The position numbers and the translations under genes are program-made. Below are positions 25,544 through 35,797 of a DNA stretch of 64,000 nucleotides, piece by piece; position 1 is the first letter of the stretch, and each line of letters opens with the position of its first letter. Source of the stretch: an uncultured Verrucomicrobiota bacterium (GTDB lineage: Bacteria; Verrucomicrobiota; Verrucomicrobiia; Limisphaerales; J093); the NCBI GenBank assembly GCA_964396005.1, contig CAYNCT010000001.1, positions 19,679 to 83,678 of the forward strand, written 5' to 3'. The notes beneath the pieces are model-generated. The model did no database searches. It was not told the origin of the DNA and was given only the letters and a program-made list of their open reading frames with translations.

Positions 25544-26929
25544 ATGGCCCTCGCCGCCCAAGTCCTCTCCGATCTCACCCGGCTCCTCGGCCCCGAGCGT
25601 GTCCTCACCGCGCCCGAAGACCTCATTCCCTACTCATTTGACGGCACGGCGGCGTTGCGCCACTCCCCGGGAGGCGTGGTGTTCGTCCGCTCAACCGAGG
25701 AGGTGGCCGCGGTACTCCGGTTGGCCAACGAGACCCGCACGCCGGTCGTTACCCGCGGCTCGGGCACCGGCCTCAGCGGCGGCTCCGTGCCGTTGCCGGA
25801 CGGCAATTGCCTGGTTCTCGGCCTGGTGAAGATGGATCGCATCCTCGAAGTGGACCGCGCGAATCTGACCCTGCTCTGCGAGGCCGGCGCTCTGACCCAG
25901 ACCATCGCCGACGCCGCTCTCGGCGCGGGCCTGTTCTATCCGCCCGATCCCGGCTCGATGAAGATTTCCACCATCGGCGGCAACGTGGCCGAAAACTCCG
26001 GCGGCCTGCGCGGGCTCAAGTATGGTGTCACCCGCAATTACGTGATGGGGTTGGAGGTGGTGCTGCCCGACGGCGAAGTGCTCTGGACCGGCAACAAATG
26101 CGTGAAGGACGTGGCGGGCTACTCGTTGCGCGACCTGTTCATCGGCTCGGAAGGCACGCTGGGCGTGATCACCAAGGTCCTGCTGCGGCTGATCCCCAAA
26201 CCGGCGGCCAAGCAGACGCTCCTTGCCACGTTCGCGCAAATGGACCAGGCCGCGCAAACCGTGTCCGACATCATCGCGGCGCAAATCATCCCCTGCACGC
26301 TCGAGTTCCTCGACCGCACCACCATCGCCTGCGTGGACGATTACGCCCGAATCGGTCTGCCCCGCGACTGCGAGGCGCTCTTGCTGATGGAAACCGACGG
26401 CCACGCGGCCGTGGTTGCCGGGGAGGCGGCGCAGATGGCGGAGATCGCGCGGAAGAACGGCTGCGTCGAAGTGCGGATTGCGCAAACGGAGGCCGAGGCA
26501 GCCCGGCTGGCTTCGGCCCGGCGCACGGCCTTTTCGGCGCTGGCGCGCGTGGCCCCCACCACGATTCTGGAGGACATCACCGTGCCGCGCAGCGAACTGG
26601 CGAAAATGGTCCGCTTCGTGGAGGTCGTGGCCAGAAAACACCGGTTGCGCGTGGGCACGTTCGGCCACATGGGCGATGGCAACCTGCACCCGACCTTTCT
26701 CACCGACGAGCGTGACGCCGACGAGATGCACCGGGTCGAGGAGGCCTTCAAGGAACTCTTCGCCGAAGCGATTCGCCTCGGCGGGACGATCACCGGCGAG
26801 CACGGCGTCGGGGTCGCGAAAAAGCCATTTCTGCCCGCCTTTGCCGGCGAGGCTTCCCTGCGCGTGATGCGCGAGCTGCGCCGGGCGCTGGACCCGAACG
26901 GCATCCTCAATCCCGGCAAGGTGTTCTGA
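25544..26929 (+). CDS. FAD-binding oxidoreductase (glycolate oxidase GlcD-like)
   Basis: 'VVTRGSGTGLSGGSVP', 'STIGGNVAENSGGLRGLKYG' and C-terminal 'GEHGVGVAKKPFL...DPNGILNPGKVF' are FAD-linked oxidase signatures. Confidence 0.85.
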   Translation: MALAAQVLSDLTRLLGPERVLTAPEDLIPYSFDGTAALRHSPGGVVFVRSTEEVAAVLRLANETRTPVVTRGSGTGLSGGSVPLPDGNCLVLGLVKMDRILEVDRANLTLLCEAGALTQTIADAALGAGLFYPPDPGSMKISTIGGNVAENSGGLRGLKYGVTRNYVMGLEVVLPDGEVLWTGNKCVKDVAGYSLRDLFIGSEGTLGVITKVLLRLIPKPAAKQTLLATFAQMDQAAQTVSDIIAAQIIPCTLEFLDRTTIACVDDYARIGLPRDCEALLLMETDGHAAVVAGEAAQMAEIARKNGCVEVRIAQTEAEAARLASARRTAFSALARVAPTTILEDITVPRSELAKMVRFVEVVARKHRLRVGTFGHMGDGNLHPTFLTDERDADEMHRVEEAFKELFAEAIRLGGTITGEHGVGVAKKPFLPAFAGEASLRVMRELRRALDPNGILNPGKVF

Positions 26930-26935
26930 CCGGCC

Positions 26936-27964
26936 TCAGCGGGTATCCGAACGCTCGCGCCCGTTCTTCCAAGCGTCGAGTTCGGCGAGGCTCCAAAACT
27001 CGCCGGCCGCAAGTTGCGCGGCCAGGGCATCCGTGCGAACCTGCGCGCCCGCCGGGGTCAGGTGCCAGCCGGTGTCACTGAAGTGCTCGCGCACCGCGTG
27101 AACGCCCAGGGCCGGATCCTTGAGGACCGGCAGCAATGCCGCGACGTCCCGGAGAAACGACGCGCTGGTGCGGCGGAACTCCTCGAGCACCGCCGGCTCA
27201 ACGCACGCCCACGGAAGCGCGTAGCAGACACGGACCTCGCGCGCCTCAGCCCAGCGGACCAGGGCGGCCAGCAGCGCCCGACCGTCGGCGGACAAGCCGG
27301 GCGCGCCCGGTTGAATCAGGGCGAACTCCCGAAAATCGCGCGCCTCCTGCCAGCCACTGGCGTGAATCTCCGGTGCGGCATAGCGGTAGAGCGGTTTGCG
27401 GAGGAGGACCTTGCCCAACAGCGTGAAGGCGTGATACGCGCCCGGGCGCATCGCGACGAGACTGTCCACCCACGGCACCGGCGCGCCGGTGAGATCGCTG
27501 GCGGCAATGAGGCGCGGCTCGCCGAGGGCGAGGCCCATTTGCGCCGCGAGATCGGGAGCGGTGAAGGGCGTGGTGAGCAGTTCGGGCTCCATCGCCACGA
27601 TCAGCGTGTCCCCGGGGCGGGCTTCGCGAGCGGCGATGGCCAGGAGGAAGGGCGCCTCCATGCCTGCGTGCAATCCGAAATTGACCAGCCGCACACCGTG
27701 GCGGTCGAGCATCCGCTCGCCATCCACGGAAAACGCCGCGCTCGAGCCGCCCGCCAGCAGGTGACGCGGCGCCGGCGCTGGCGCGGCGGCCAGGCGGGCC
27801 GACCACGCCCGTTTGACGTCAATGGCGTGACGGTAGAAGCACACCTCGGGGTTCCAGCGCACGGTATAGAGCGCGGCGGCGCCCAGCGCGACGAGCGCCA
27901 GCAGGAGCAGCGCGAAAGCCTGGCACGGCCAGCCCCGGCTAGAAGGCGAAGTAGATGAAGGCAT
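26936..27964 (-). CDS. Hypothetical membrane-anchored protein, likely partner of the adjacent MBOAT acyltransferase
   Basis: Single N-terminal TM 'AFALLLLALVALGAAALY'. Lies directly downstream of, and overlapping, the MBOAT gene. No family recognised, so the role is inferred from context only. The start is uncertain. Confidence 0.45.
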   Translation of the reverse strand: MPSSTSPSSRGWPCQAFALLLLALVALGAAALYTVRWNPEVCFYRHAIDVKRAWSARLAAAPAPAPRHLLAGGSSAAFSVDGERMLDRHGVRLVNFGLHAGMEAPFLLAIAAREARPGDTLIVAMEPELLTTPFTAPDLAAQMGLALGEPRLIAASDLTGAPVPWVDSLVAMRPGAYHAFTLLGKVLLRKPLYRYAAPEIHASGWQEARDFREFALIQPGAPGLSADGRALLAALVRWAEAREVRVCYALPWACVEPAVLEEFRRTSASFLRDVAALLPVLKDPALGVHAVREHFSDTGWHLTPAGAQVRTDALAAQLAAGEFWSLAELDAWKNGRERSDTR

Positions 27965-29345
27965 TGTTCTTGCCCGGCGCCAGCAGGACGGTGAGCACCA
28001 CCAGCAGCGCCACCACCCAGGGCCGGCGCAGCAACGCAAACGGCTCCTGCCAGCGGCGCACCGACAGCCACTCCAGCGTCAGGGTCACTCCGGCCAGCGC
28101 GAACAGCGACAGCAGCACCGTGAGTTCTCCGGAGTTCAGCGTGGTGAGCGCCGCGCGGAGAGCGGCGGGCGAGTAGGCCGTTGGCGTCAGCAACGTCAGG
28201 TACTTCGCCCAGAGCGCGTCGGGCCGCAACTCGTAAAACGCGAGCCACGCGAGAAACGCGACCCCCACGGTCCCGGCCCAGCCCGCCGGCGCGGGCACGG
28301 TCCAGCGGGCCGCCAGGCGGATCCCGATGAGGCACGCGCCGTGCAGCGCGCCCCAGACGATGAAGTTCCACCCGGCCCCGTGCCAGATGCCGGAGACCAG
28401 GAAGACCAGCGCGAGATTGAACGCCCACCGTCGGGTCCGCCCGCCACCGAGGGGGATGTACACGTAATCGCGGAACCAGTTGCTGAGCGTCACGTGCCAG
28501 CGCCGCCAGAACTCCTGGATGCTCGTCGCGCAGTAGGGGCTGAGGAAGTTCAACGTGAGCCGCACCCCCAGGCACTGCGCCACGCCGTAAGCCACCAGAC
28601 TGTAACCGGCAAAGTCGTAGTAGATGCGCAGGCCGAAGATCGCGTTGGCCACCCAGATCATGAAGGGGTTGCTGGCCGAGCCCATGAACGGCGGCATCCA
28701 CCTCGCCAGGTTGTCGGCCAGGCACAGCTTGAAGTACAGGCCCACCGCCACCCAGGTCACGCCCGCGTTGATCTGCGCCGGCTCCCACCGAAACCGAAAC
28801 GTCTCCATCTGGGGCAGGAGATCGCGCCGGCGCTCGATGGGACCGGCGACGATCTGCGGGAAGAAGCCGACGAAATTGATGAAGTCTACAACGCGCGGGA
28901 GCGGCTCCCGGAAGGCCAGCGTGTCCAGGACAAAACCGATCTTTTGAAACGTGTAGAAGGACAGCCCCACCGGAATCAACAGGTCCCGCAGCGAGTCCAC
29001 GCGCAGCCCCAGCACGCCGTTCACCACAAAGTTCGAGTACTTGTAGTACGCCAGCGGCGCGAGCAGCAGCGGAATGAGGACCAACAGGTACTTGCGCGGC
29101 GCCCGGGCGTCGTGGCGCAGAATCCAGTACAGACCGCCATAGGAAAGCAGCGCCACCGCAAGCCAGATAACGAATGTCAGCCAGCTCACGCACAGCAGCA
29201 GAAACATCCCCAGCGCCATCAAGGCGACGCGATCAAACCGCGCCAGGCTGCCGGGACGCCAACGCGCCCACGCCCCGCGCACGGCCAGCACCGTCGCGAG
29301 CCCCACGAACAGCCAGCCCCAAAAACGCAACTCGGCGAAGTTCAT
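27939..29345 (-). CDS. MBOAT family O-acyltransferase (AlgI/DltB-like)
   Basis: Polytopic membrane protein with 'FWRRWHVTLSNWFRDYVYIPLGG' and 'GIWHGAGWNFIVWG', which are MBOAT hallmark regions including the conserved His. Confidence 0.85.
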   Translation of the reverse strand: MNFAELRFWGWLFVGLATVLAVRGAWARWRPGSLARFDRVALMALGMFLLLCVSWLTFVIWLAVALLSYGGLYWILRHDARAPRKYLLVLIPLLLAPLAYYKYSNFVVNGVLGLRVDSLRDLLIPVGLSFYTFQKIGFVLDTLAFREPLPRVVDFINFVGFFPQIVAGPIERRRDLLPQMETFRFRWEPAQINAGVTWVAVGLYFKLCLADNLARWMPPFMGSASNPFMIWVANAIFGLRIYYDFAGYSLVAYGVAQCLGVRLTLNFLSPYCATSIQEFWRRWHVTLSNWFRDYVYIPLGGGRTRRWAFNLALVFLVSGIWHGAGWNFIVWGALHGACLIGIRLAARWTVPAPAGWAGTVGVAFLAWLAFYELRPDALWAKYLTLLTPTAYSPAALRAALTTLNSGELTVLLSLFALAGVTLTLEWLSVRRWQEPFALLRRPWVVALLVVLTVLLAPGKNNAFIYFAF

Positions 29346-29441
29346 GCGCGGCGATTCGCCGAGGCGGCGTCCGGCACCGCGCCGCGGCAGAGAGGCGATG
29401 GACGGCGGACCGGCATCGGCGACGACCGGGACGGGCCGGGT

Positions 29442-29819
29442 TCAGTCGGTGATCTCAAGCTGGAAGCTCGGCGACAGCCGGCTGTCCTTCCGCGGCCGCG
29501 GGATGCTGTCGTACAGGTAATCAAACTTGAGCCGGTAGGTCACAAACCGCTGGTTCGCCGGGACGGGGATGACGCCCTCCCAACGGTTGGTGGTGAGCGG
29601 CACCCGCTCCATCGGATGGAAGTCCATGCCGACGACAATAAAAGGCGTGAACGAGTCCTTGCGAATCGAGCGCTGGTTGCTGTCCCACTTGGCCTCGATG
29701 GTGTAGAGGCCATCGGGCGAACGTGGGGCGGAGCGGGGCGTCATGTTCGTGATCCGCGTCGAGGTGCAACCGGCCAGCAGGGCCGCGGACAGGCCCAGCG
29801 TCAACCACCGTGTCAGCAT
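29442..29819 (-). CDS. Small lipoprotein, hypothetical
   Basis: The lipobox 'LSAALLAGC' follows 'MLTRWLTLG'. Length is 125 aa. Confidence 0.55.
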   Translation of the reverse strand: MLTRWLTLGLSAALLAGCTSTRITNMTPRSAPRSPDGLYTIEAKWDSNQRSIRKDSFTPFIVVGMDFHPMERVPLTTNRWEGVIPVPANQRFVTYRLKFDYLYDSIPRPRKDSRLSPSFQLEITD

Positions 29820-29895
29820 GGCAAAGCGTTACTGACGGTCCGCGGCCAAGTAAAGCGGCTTCTGGACGGTCGCGGTCGCCCGCGCCGCGCGGCTG

Positions 29896-29925
29896 CAACA
29901 AAAAGGCCCCGCGCGATGCGGGGCC
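29896..29925 (-). terminator. Rho-independent terminator downstream of nrdJ
   Basis: The minus strand reads GGCCCCGC-ATCGC-GCGGGGCC followed by TTTTTGTTG. Confidence 0.7.
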
Positions 29926-29960
29926 AGTCGTTGGGAGCGCCGCAGACATGGGCGCGTGGC

Positions 29961-32900
29961 TTACGAGCAGCCGAGGCTTTCGCCGCAGTTGAGGCACTTG
30001 AAACAGGCGCCGTTCCGCACCGTCTCCAGACCGCAGTTCGGGCAGAGAGGCGCGTCCCCCTGGTTGACGAAGGTGCTCGTCAGCCGCGTCTGGCCGGTGG
30101 CGCCCTCACCCGGCCGCCCGATCACGTCGCCCTTACCGCCCGCGCGGATTTCGACCGTGTCGTCCGCCGTGGGCAGATCGGGCACGGAGCGGTTGACGTG
30201 TTCCTTGAGCTTCTCCTGCAGGTCCGGCATCGGCAGTTCCTGCTGCCCGCGGTCCGGCGTGTACTGCTCGCGGTAGCCGGGCAGGAACTGAAACGCCAGC
30301 CAGCGGAAGATGTAGTCGGTGAGGGACGACGCTGTGGGGATTTCGCGGTTCTTGGTGAAGCCGCTGGGCTCAAAGCGCTGATGGGAGAATTTCTTCACCA
30401 GCGTCTCCAAGGGCACGCCGTATTGCAGGGCGATGCTCGTCAGCGTGGCCACGGTGTCCATGAGCCCGCCAATGGTCGAGCCCTCCTTGGCCATGGTGAC
30501 GAACAACTCGCCGGGCTGGCCGTCGGCGAAGAGACCGACATTCAGGTAGCCCTCGTGATTGGCGACGCTGAACTTGTGGTTCACCGCGACGCGCGTTTCC
30601 GGCAGGCGGCGGCGCAGCGGCTTGCCGGTGTTCTTTTGCAGGCGGGACACCAGCGCCTCCAGCTCTTTGACACGGACGAGGGCCGCCTCGAGTTCGACGC
30701 CGGCTGTCGAGCCGACGCCCGAGCCCGCCTGACGGGTGTTGAGCGGCTGGCTGCGCTTGGAGCCGTCGCGGTAGATGGCCACGCATTTGAGCCCCATCTT
30801 CCACGCCTCGACGTAGGTCTGGCGGATGTCCTCCACGGTGGCCTCGTGCGGCATGTTGACGGTCTTGCTGATGGCACCGGAAATGAACGGCTGGGCGGCC
30901 GCCATCATTTTCAGATGGGCCAGATAGTGAATACTGCGCTGGCCGCGGTGGGCCTTGAAGGCGCAGTCGAAGACCGGCAGGTGCTCCGGCTTTAGCCCGC
31001 TGGCGTAGGTGGTGCCCGGCGCCAGGCGGCCCTCGGCCACCAGCGGATCATCCGCCGCCGGCGAGAAGTCCTCGATGGTGTCGAATTCCTTCACATGGTT
31101 CGTGATGCGGGTGATCGCCTCCTCCGAGTAGCCCAGCCGCCGCAAGGCATCCGGCACCGTGCGGTTGACAATCTTGAGCGAGCCGCCGCCGGCGAGGACC
31201 TTGTATTTGACCAGCGCGATGTCGGGCTCGATCCCGGTGGTGTCGCAGTCCATGAGGAACGCGATGGTGCCCGTGGGAGCGAGCACCGTGACCTGCGCGT
31301 TGCGGTAGCCGTGTTCACGGCCCCGCGCGAGGGCGCGGTCCCAGCACTGGCGGGACTCCTCCTTGAGGTAACCAAATTCCTCGCTCGGTTGGATGTCCTC
31401 CACCGCCGCACGGTGGAGCTGAATGACGCCGAGCATGGATTCGACATTATCCCGGGCGACCGGGCGGGACACGCCGGCGCAACGAGCATCCCGGTAGCCG
31501 GCGAAGGGGCCTTTAATGGCGGCGATTTCCGCGCTCTGTTCGTAGGCGTGGCCGGTCATGATGGCGGTCAGGGCGCCGGCCAGCGCGCGGCCTTCGTCCG
31601 AGTCGTAGGGCAGGCCGTAGTCCATGATGAGCGAGCCCAGGTTCGCATAGCCGAGGCCCAGCGTGCGGAAGACGTGCGAGTTCTCGGCGATGTCGCGCGT
31701 CGGGTAGCTGGCGTTATCCACCAGGATTTCCTGGGCCGTGATGAAGATGCGGACGGCCGCCTTGAAGCGCTCGATGTCGAAGCGCCCGTCCTCGCGCTTG
31801 AATTTCATCAGGTTGAGCGACGCCAGGTTGCAGGCGGTGTTGTTGAGGAAGACATACTCGCTGCACGGGTTGGTCGAGTGGATGGGCTCGGTGCCCTTGC
31901 AGGTGTGCCATTTTTGAATCGCGCCGTCGTACTGCAGCCCCGGATCGCCGCACACCCAGGTGCCTTCGGCCACCTGGCTGAGCAACGCTGCCGCGTTCTT
32001 CCGTTCGAGGGGCTGCCCGGTGGTGACCGACCGTGTCCACCATTCCTGGCGGGCGGGGTCGGCGGCGGTGGCCGCCGCCATGAAGGCGTCGCTCACCCGC
32101 ACCGAGAGGTTCTCGTTCTGGTACATCACGGAGCCGTAGGCGGCGCCGTTGAACGAGCCCTCGTAGCCCTGCTCGATCAGCGCCCACGCCTTCTTCTCCT
32201 CGTTCATTTTGGCCGTGATGAACTCCTCGATGTCGCCATGCCAGTCGCGCAAGGTGTTCATCTTCGCGGCGCGGCGGGTCTTGCCGCCGGACTTCACCAC
32301 ATTGGCCACCTGGTCATACACCTTGAGGAAGCTCATGGGCCCGCTGGGCCGGCCGCCTCCGGAGAGTTTTTCGCGCGAGCTGCGGATGGGGGACAGGTCC
32401 GTGCCCGTGCCCGACCCGAACTTGAAGAGCATCGCCTCGGAATAGGCGAGCTGCATGATGCTCTCCATGTTGTCATCCACGCTCTGGATAAAGCACGCGC
32501 TGCACTGGGGGTATTCGTACTGGGTGCCGGCGCGGCGCGCCTCCCGGGCCTTCGGGTCCCAGTACCAGTTGCCCCGATCGGAATTCTTGCCGATCCCGTA
32601 CTGGTGGTAGAGCCCCACGTTGAACCACACCGGCGAGTTGAAAGCGCCGTACTGGTTGACGCACAGCCAGGTCAGCTCGTCGTAGAACACCTCGCCGTCC
32701 GCCTTGCTGAAATACCCGTCTTTCACCCCCCAGTCCGCGATGGTTCGCGTCACGCGATGGATCAACTGCCGCACCGACTGCTCCCGTTCCGCCTTGGCCG
32801 GGTCGCCATAGAAGTATTTCGAGCACACCACCTTGGTCGCGAGCTGCGACCAGTTTTTCGGCACCTCGACGTTGTCCTGCTTGAAGATGGCCTTGCCGGA

Positions 32901-33101
32901 ATCATCCGTGATTTCGGCCGTGCGACGTTCCCATTCGATCTGATCAAAGGGCTTGACGTTGGGGTCACTGAACACGCGCGGAATGCGCAGAGAACGGCGC
33001 GCCGAGGCGGCCGCACGACGGGACGAACGGGCCGGAGCCGGCCGACGGCGGCCGGAGGTCCCGGAAACAGGCGACAAGACTGGATGTGGCGTGTCAATCA
33101 T
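29961..33101 (-). CDS. nrdJ: Adenosylcobalamin-dependent ribonucleotide reductase (class II)
   Basis: 1046 aa with 'FDQIEWERRTAEI', 'VCSKYFYG', 'NPCSEYVFLNNTACNLASLNL' and 'GGLKCVAIYRDGSK', plus a C-terminal Cys-rich tail 'CPNCG...CFKCLNCG'. Confidence 0.9.
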   Translation of the reverse strand: MIDTPHPVLSPVSGTSGRRRPAPARSSRRAAASARRSLRIPRVFSDPNVKPFDQIEWERRTAEITDDSGKAIFKQDNVEVPKNWSQLATKVVCSKYFYGDPAKAEREQSVRQLIHRVTRTIADWGVKDGYFSKADGEVFYDELTWLCVNQYGAFNSPVWFNVGLYHQYGIGKNSDRGNWYWDPKAREARRAGTQYEYPQCSACFIQSVDDNMESIMQLAYSEAMLFKFGSGTGTDLSPIRSSREKLSGGGRPSGPMSFLKVYDQVANVVKSGGKTRRAAKMNTLRDWHGDIEEFITAKMNEEKKAWALIEQGYEGSFNGAAYGSVMYQNENLSVRVSDAFMAAATAADPARQEWWTRSVTTGQPLERKNAAALLSQVAEGTWVCGDPGLQYDGAIQKWHTCKGTEPIHSTNPCSEYVFLNNTACNLASLNLMKFKREDGRFDIERFKAAVRIFITAQEILVDNASYPTRDIAENSHVFRTLGLGYANLGSLIMDYGLPYDSDEGRALAGALTAIMTGHAYEQSAEIAAIKGPFAGYRDARCAGVSRPVARDNVESMLGVIQLHRAAVEDIQPSEEFGYLKEESRQCWDRALARGREHGYRNAQVTVLAPTGTIAFLMDCDTTGIEPDIALVKYKVLAGGGSLKIVNRTVPDALRRLGYSEEAITRITNHVKEFDTIEDFSPAADDPLVAEGRLAPGTTYASGLKPEHLPVFDCAFKAHRGQRSIHYLAHLKMMAAAQPFISGAISKTVNMPHEATVEDIRQTYVEAWKMGLKCVAIYRDGSKRSQPLNTRQAGSGVGSTAGVELEAALVRVKELEALVSRLQKNTGKPLRRRLPETRVAVNHKFSVANHEGYLNVGLFADGQPGELFVTMAKEGSTIGGLMDTVATLTSIALQYGVPLETLVKKFSHQRFEPSGFTKNREIPTASSLTDYIFRWLAFQFLPGYREQYTPDRGQQELPMPDLQEKLKEHVNRSVPDLPTADDTVEIRAGGKGDVIGRPGEGATGQTRLTSTFVNQGDAPLCPNCGLETVRNGACFKCLNCGESLGCS

Positions 33102-33403
33102 AGCGGCTGGTTGGTTGAAATATCGTGGTTCTCACCCCCGGGCAAACCCCTGTTTGCTCGAGTCCAAGAACCGCCCGCTCCGCCCGGAAAAGCCCTTCAC
33201 CGAGACTTTAGCGCCCGCGACAAGAGCCCAACCGGTTGGGCAGGGGGCGAGAATTTAATACCACATATTGTGGCTGCAAGGGTTTTTCTGAAAATTTTCA
33301 AAACTGCGACAAAGGCTCGGAAAAGGGCCGTTTTTTGGCTCCGTTACCCCCTCTGCGGGTGGTGGAAACCGCCCCGGGGGAACCCCTCCAAAGCCCGTGC
33401 CGC

Positions 33404-35794
33404 CTACCGGCCCGGCGCCAGGGTTGCTCGGAGCCAGTCGTACGCCCGGCGGCGCGTTTCCGGCGGAAAGTCATGCCCGCCATCGGGTGTTTCCAAAACT
33501 AACCGGTCCGCCCGCCTGTACAGCCCGTACACCGGCCGCGCAGCCAGGACGCAGTCGTGGACGCCGGACAACTCGAAGTTGTCGTCGCCGACCGGGGCGC
33601 TGATGAAGACCGGACGCGGCGCCACGGCGGCGAGCACTTCCGTGAAGTCGAACGGCATTTGCTTCGGATCCGCCCCGTACTCGCGGGCGATGCGCGGCAT
33701 ATAGCCGGCGTGACTCCAGCCGGCGAGATTGCCGCCCTGGTACTTGAAGAACGAGTTGAAGCCGCAGCTTGTCACCACCGCTTTCACCCGCGGATCCAGC
33801 GCCGCCAGGAACAGCGCGTTGTGGCCGCCGAGGGAGTGGCCGATGACGCCCAGCCTCCGGGCATCCACTTCCGGCAGTGCCGCCAGCACGTCCAACGCGG
33901 CGCGGTGGTTGACGATGCCCTTCATGGTCGCGCTCGCATACCCCAGAGCGTACGGGTTGACGGCATAGTCGCCGAAGTTGGGGTAATCCGGGGCCAGCGT
34001 CACAAAGCCCAGTTCCGCCAGCTCGCGGGCATAGGCCAGATTCGGGCTGCCGCCCAGGCCCGCCGGCTCGTCTTTGCCCAAAGGCGTGGTTTGGTGGAGG
34101 CACAACATGGCCGGAGCTTGGCCGGTCAAGCCGCGCGGAATCAGCAGCCAGGCTGGAACAAGATCACCATCCGGGGAACGCACGTTGATGCGGCGCCGCG
34201 TGAAGGCGGCCGTTCGTTCCTCGTTGACCACCTCGCAACGCGCGCGGCCGGTGACCCGCGACGGCGGTGGCGGTCCCATCACGCGCAACATGGCCGCGTG
34301 AATCTCGCCGCGCCGCCGCTCCCACGCTTGGCGGGTGCGAATCGGGACCGCGCGGCCTCCCGCGGTCCGACGCAGAAGCAGATGCAGCTTGTCGGGCTGG
34401 AACCACGCCGCGCTCCGGGTTACCGGCGCGAGCAGACGCGCAATCCCCGCTTTCAACTCGAACTCGCTGGGCGGGCCCACCCGCGACATCGTCGGTTCAT
34501 AACCGCCCTCGCTGAGGGAAGCGTCGCAACCGATATATCCCGGCCCGCTCTCGCCGTACGCCGCCACCGCCACAAACGCGTCCGGACGCAGGCTTTGCGC
34601 GTAAAGCTGATACTCGACGAACGCCTCGCCCGGCAGATGCAGACTGGTGACCGGGCCGAGGGACAGCCGACTGATCTCGACCGCGGGGTTCGCCCGCAAC
34701 CGCTCGAGCCAGGCGAGGTCCAGCGCTGCCTTCAGGCGGGTGGTGGCGGCCGCCCGGGGATCCGCCAGGTTGGCGCGCGACCGTCCGGCGGACCACTCCG
34801 GTTCGACGCGGGCGCGGAACCGGACCCGGGTGGTTCGCCAGTCGAGCCGCGTGGCCGGTCGGGTTTCGGTCGCGGCCACCGCGGCGCGCATCGCCGTCAG
34901 GATGCGGTCGGAGAGCGCTGCGCGCAGGGCGGGCGAACCGTCGTTGTACTTGCCGGCGGTGATGTTGCCCCCGCAGCCGGTAAAGTAGATTTGCGGCACG
35001 CCCTCCTCCTGTTCGAGCCGGCGCCGGGCCAGCCCCACGGTGTCGGCGGTGGCACGGCCATCGCCGTAGTAGCTCATGGGGTGGGAGGCGTAGTAGTGCA
35101 GCCGCACCAGCGGTCGCGCGCCGTCGAGCAACGTGATGGTGCGCAACCACGGGTCAATCAACCCCTCGGGCGCGGCCTGCAGGGCGGGATCCTGCGTGCT
35201 GCTGAAGCGGGGGTGGATGGCGCCGTCGGCCAGCCGCACGCGGCGGTTCGACGCAAACTGCTCGACCCGGGCGCGGCCGAAGCCCACGTGCGTGAACGGT
35301 TGCAGTCGCTCGCCCGCGGCGCGAACTGTGGCCGCCAGCCGGTCGGTGACCGCTTCGAGGAAACTCAAATCCAGATGCGCGGGCGGGTTGTGGGTGCGGC
35401 GCAGCAACCGCTCGGCGTCAGCGTCAGCGATCGGCGCGTTGTGTTGGTGAACGGTGTGAACGGTGACGTGGCTCTCCGGCACGCCCGCCCCGGCCGCCAG
35501 CTTCCGGCGGAACGCCTCGTAGGCGCCGTTCTGCAGCAGGCACCAATCCACCGCGCACAACACATAGCGGCGCGGCCCGTCGGCGAGGATCACCCCTTTG
35601 GCGAGCAGCGGATCATCCACGGCCTCCAGTGGCCGGATCCAGCCACCGCACAGCGGATGCCCGAGCGGGGGCGTCACGTCGCAGTCGAAGGCCGCCACCC
35701 GGAGCGCGGGCGCCCCCGTGAGTCCGACACTGAACACGCCGGCCAGCAGCGCGAGCCAACCGGGCCGCCGACCGCTGATGCCCGGCAACCGCAT
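33404..35794 (-). CDS. Fusion protein: ceramidase-N-like hydrolase domain plus alpha/beta hydrolase domain
   Basis: The N-terminal half, with 'FDCDVTPPLGHPLCGGW' and 'VHTVHQHNAP', is paralogous to 12344..13771. The C-terminal half has the nucleophile elbow 'GVIGHSLGGHNALF', as in dienelactone hydrolases and esterases. Confidence 0.7.
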   Translation of the reverse strand: MRLPGISGRRPGWLALLAGVFSVGLTGAPALRVAAFDCDVTPPLGHPLCGGWIRPLEAVDDPLLAKGVILADGPRRYVLCAVDWCLLQNGAYEAFRRKLAAGAGVPESHVTVHTVHQHNAPIADADAERLLRRTHNPPAHLDLSFLEAVTDRLAATVRAAGERLQPFTHVGFGRARVEQFASNRRVRLADGAIHPRFSSTQDPALQAAPEGLIDPWLRTITLLDGARPLVRLHYYASHPMSYYGDGRATADTVGLARRRLEQEEGVPQIYFTGCGGNITAGKYNDGSPALRAALSDRILTAMRAAVAATETRPATRLDWRTTRVRFRARVEPEWSAGRSRANLADPRAAATTRLKAALDLAWLERLRANPAVEISRLSLGPVTSLHLPGEAFVEYQLYAQSLRPDAFVAVAAYGESGPGYIGCDASLSEGGYEPTMSRVGPPSEFELKAGIARLLAPVTRSAAWFQPDKLHLLLRRTAGGRAVPIRTRQAWERRRGEIHAAMLRVMGPPPPSRVTGRARCEVVNEERTAAFTRRRINVRSPDGDLVPAWLLIPRGLTGQAPAMLCLHQTTPLGKDEPAGLGGSPNLAYARELAELGFVTLAPDYPNFGDYAVNPYALGYASATMKGIVNHRAALDVLAALPEVDARRLGVIGHSLGGHNALFLAALDPRVKAVVTSCGFNSFFKYQGGNLAGWSHAGYMPRIAREYGADPKQMPFDFTEVLAAVAPRPVFISAPVGDDNFELSGVHDCVLAARPVYGLYRRADRLVLETPDGGHDFPPETRRRAYDWLRATLAPGR

Positions 35795-35797
35795 CGC

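Noticed and set aside
33259-33274. Canonical NrdR box upstream of nrdJ
   Set aside because: Alignment of the CCACATATTGTGG site to the 16-bp NrdR consensus (acaCwAtATaTwGtgt) gives too many mismatches in any register. No properly spaced second box is evident. I kept it only as an unassigned palindrome.
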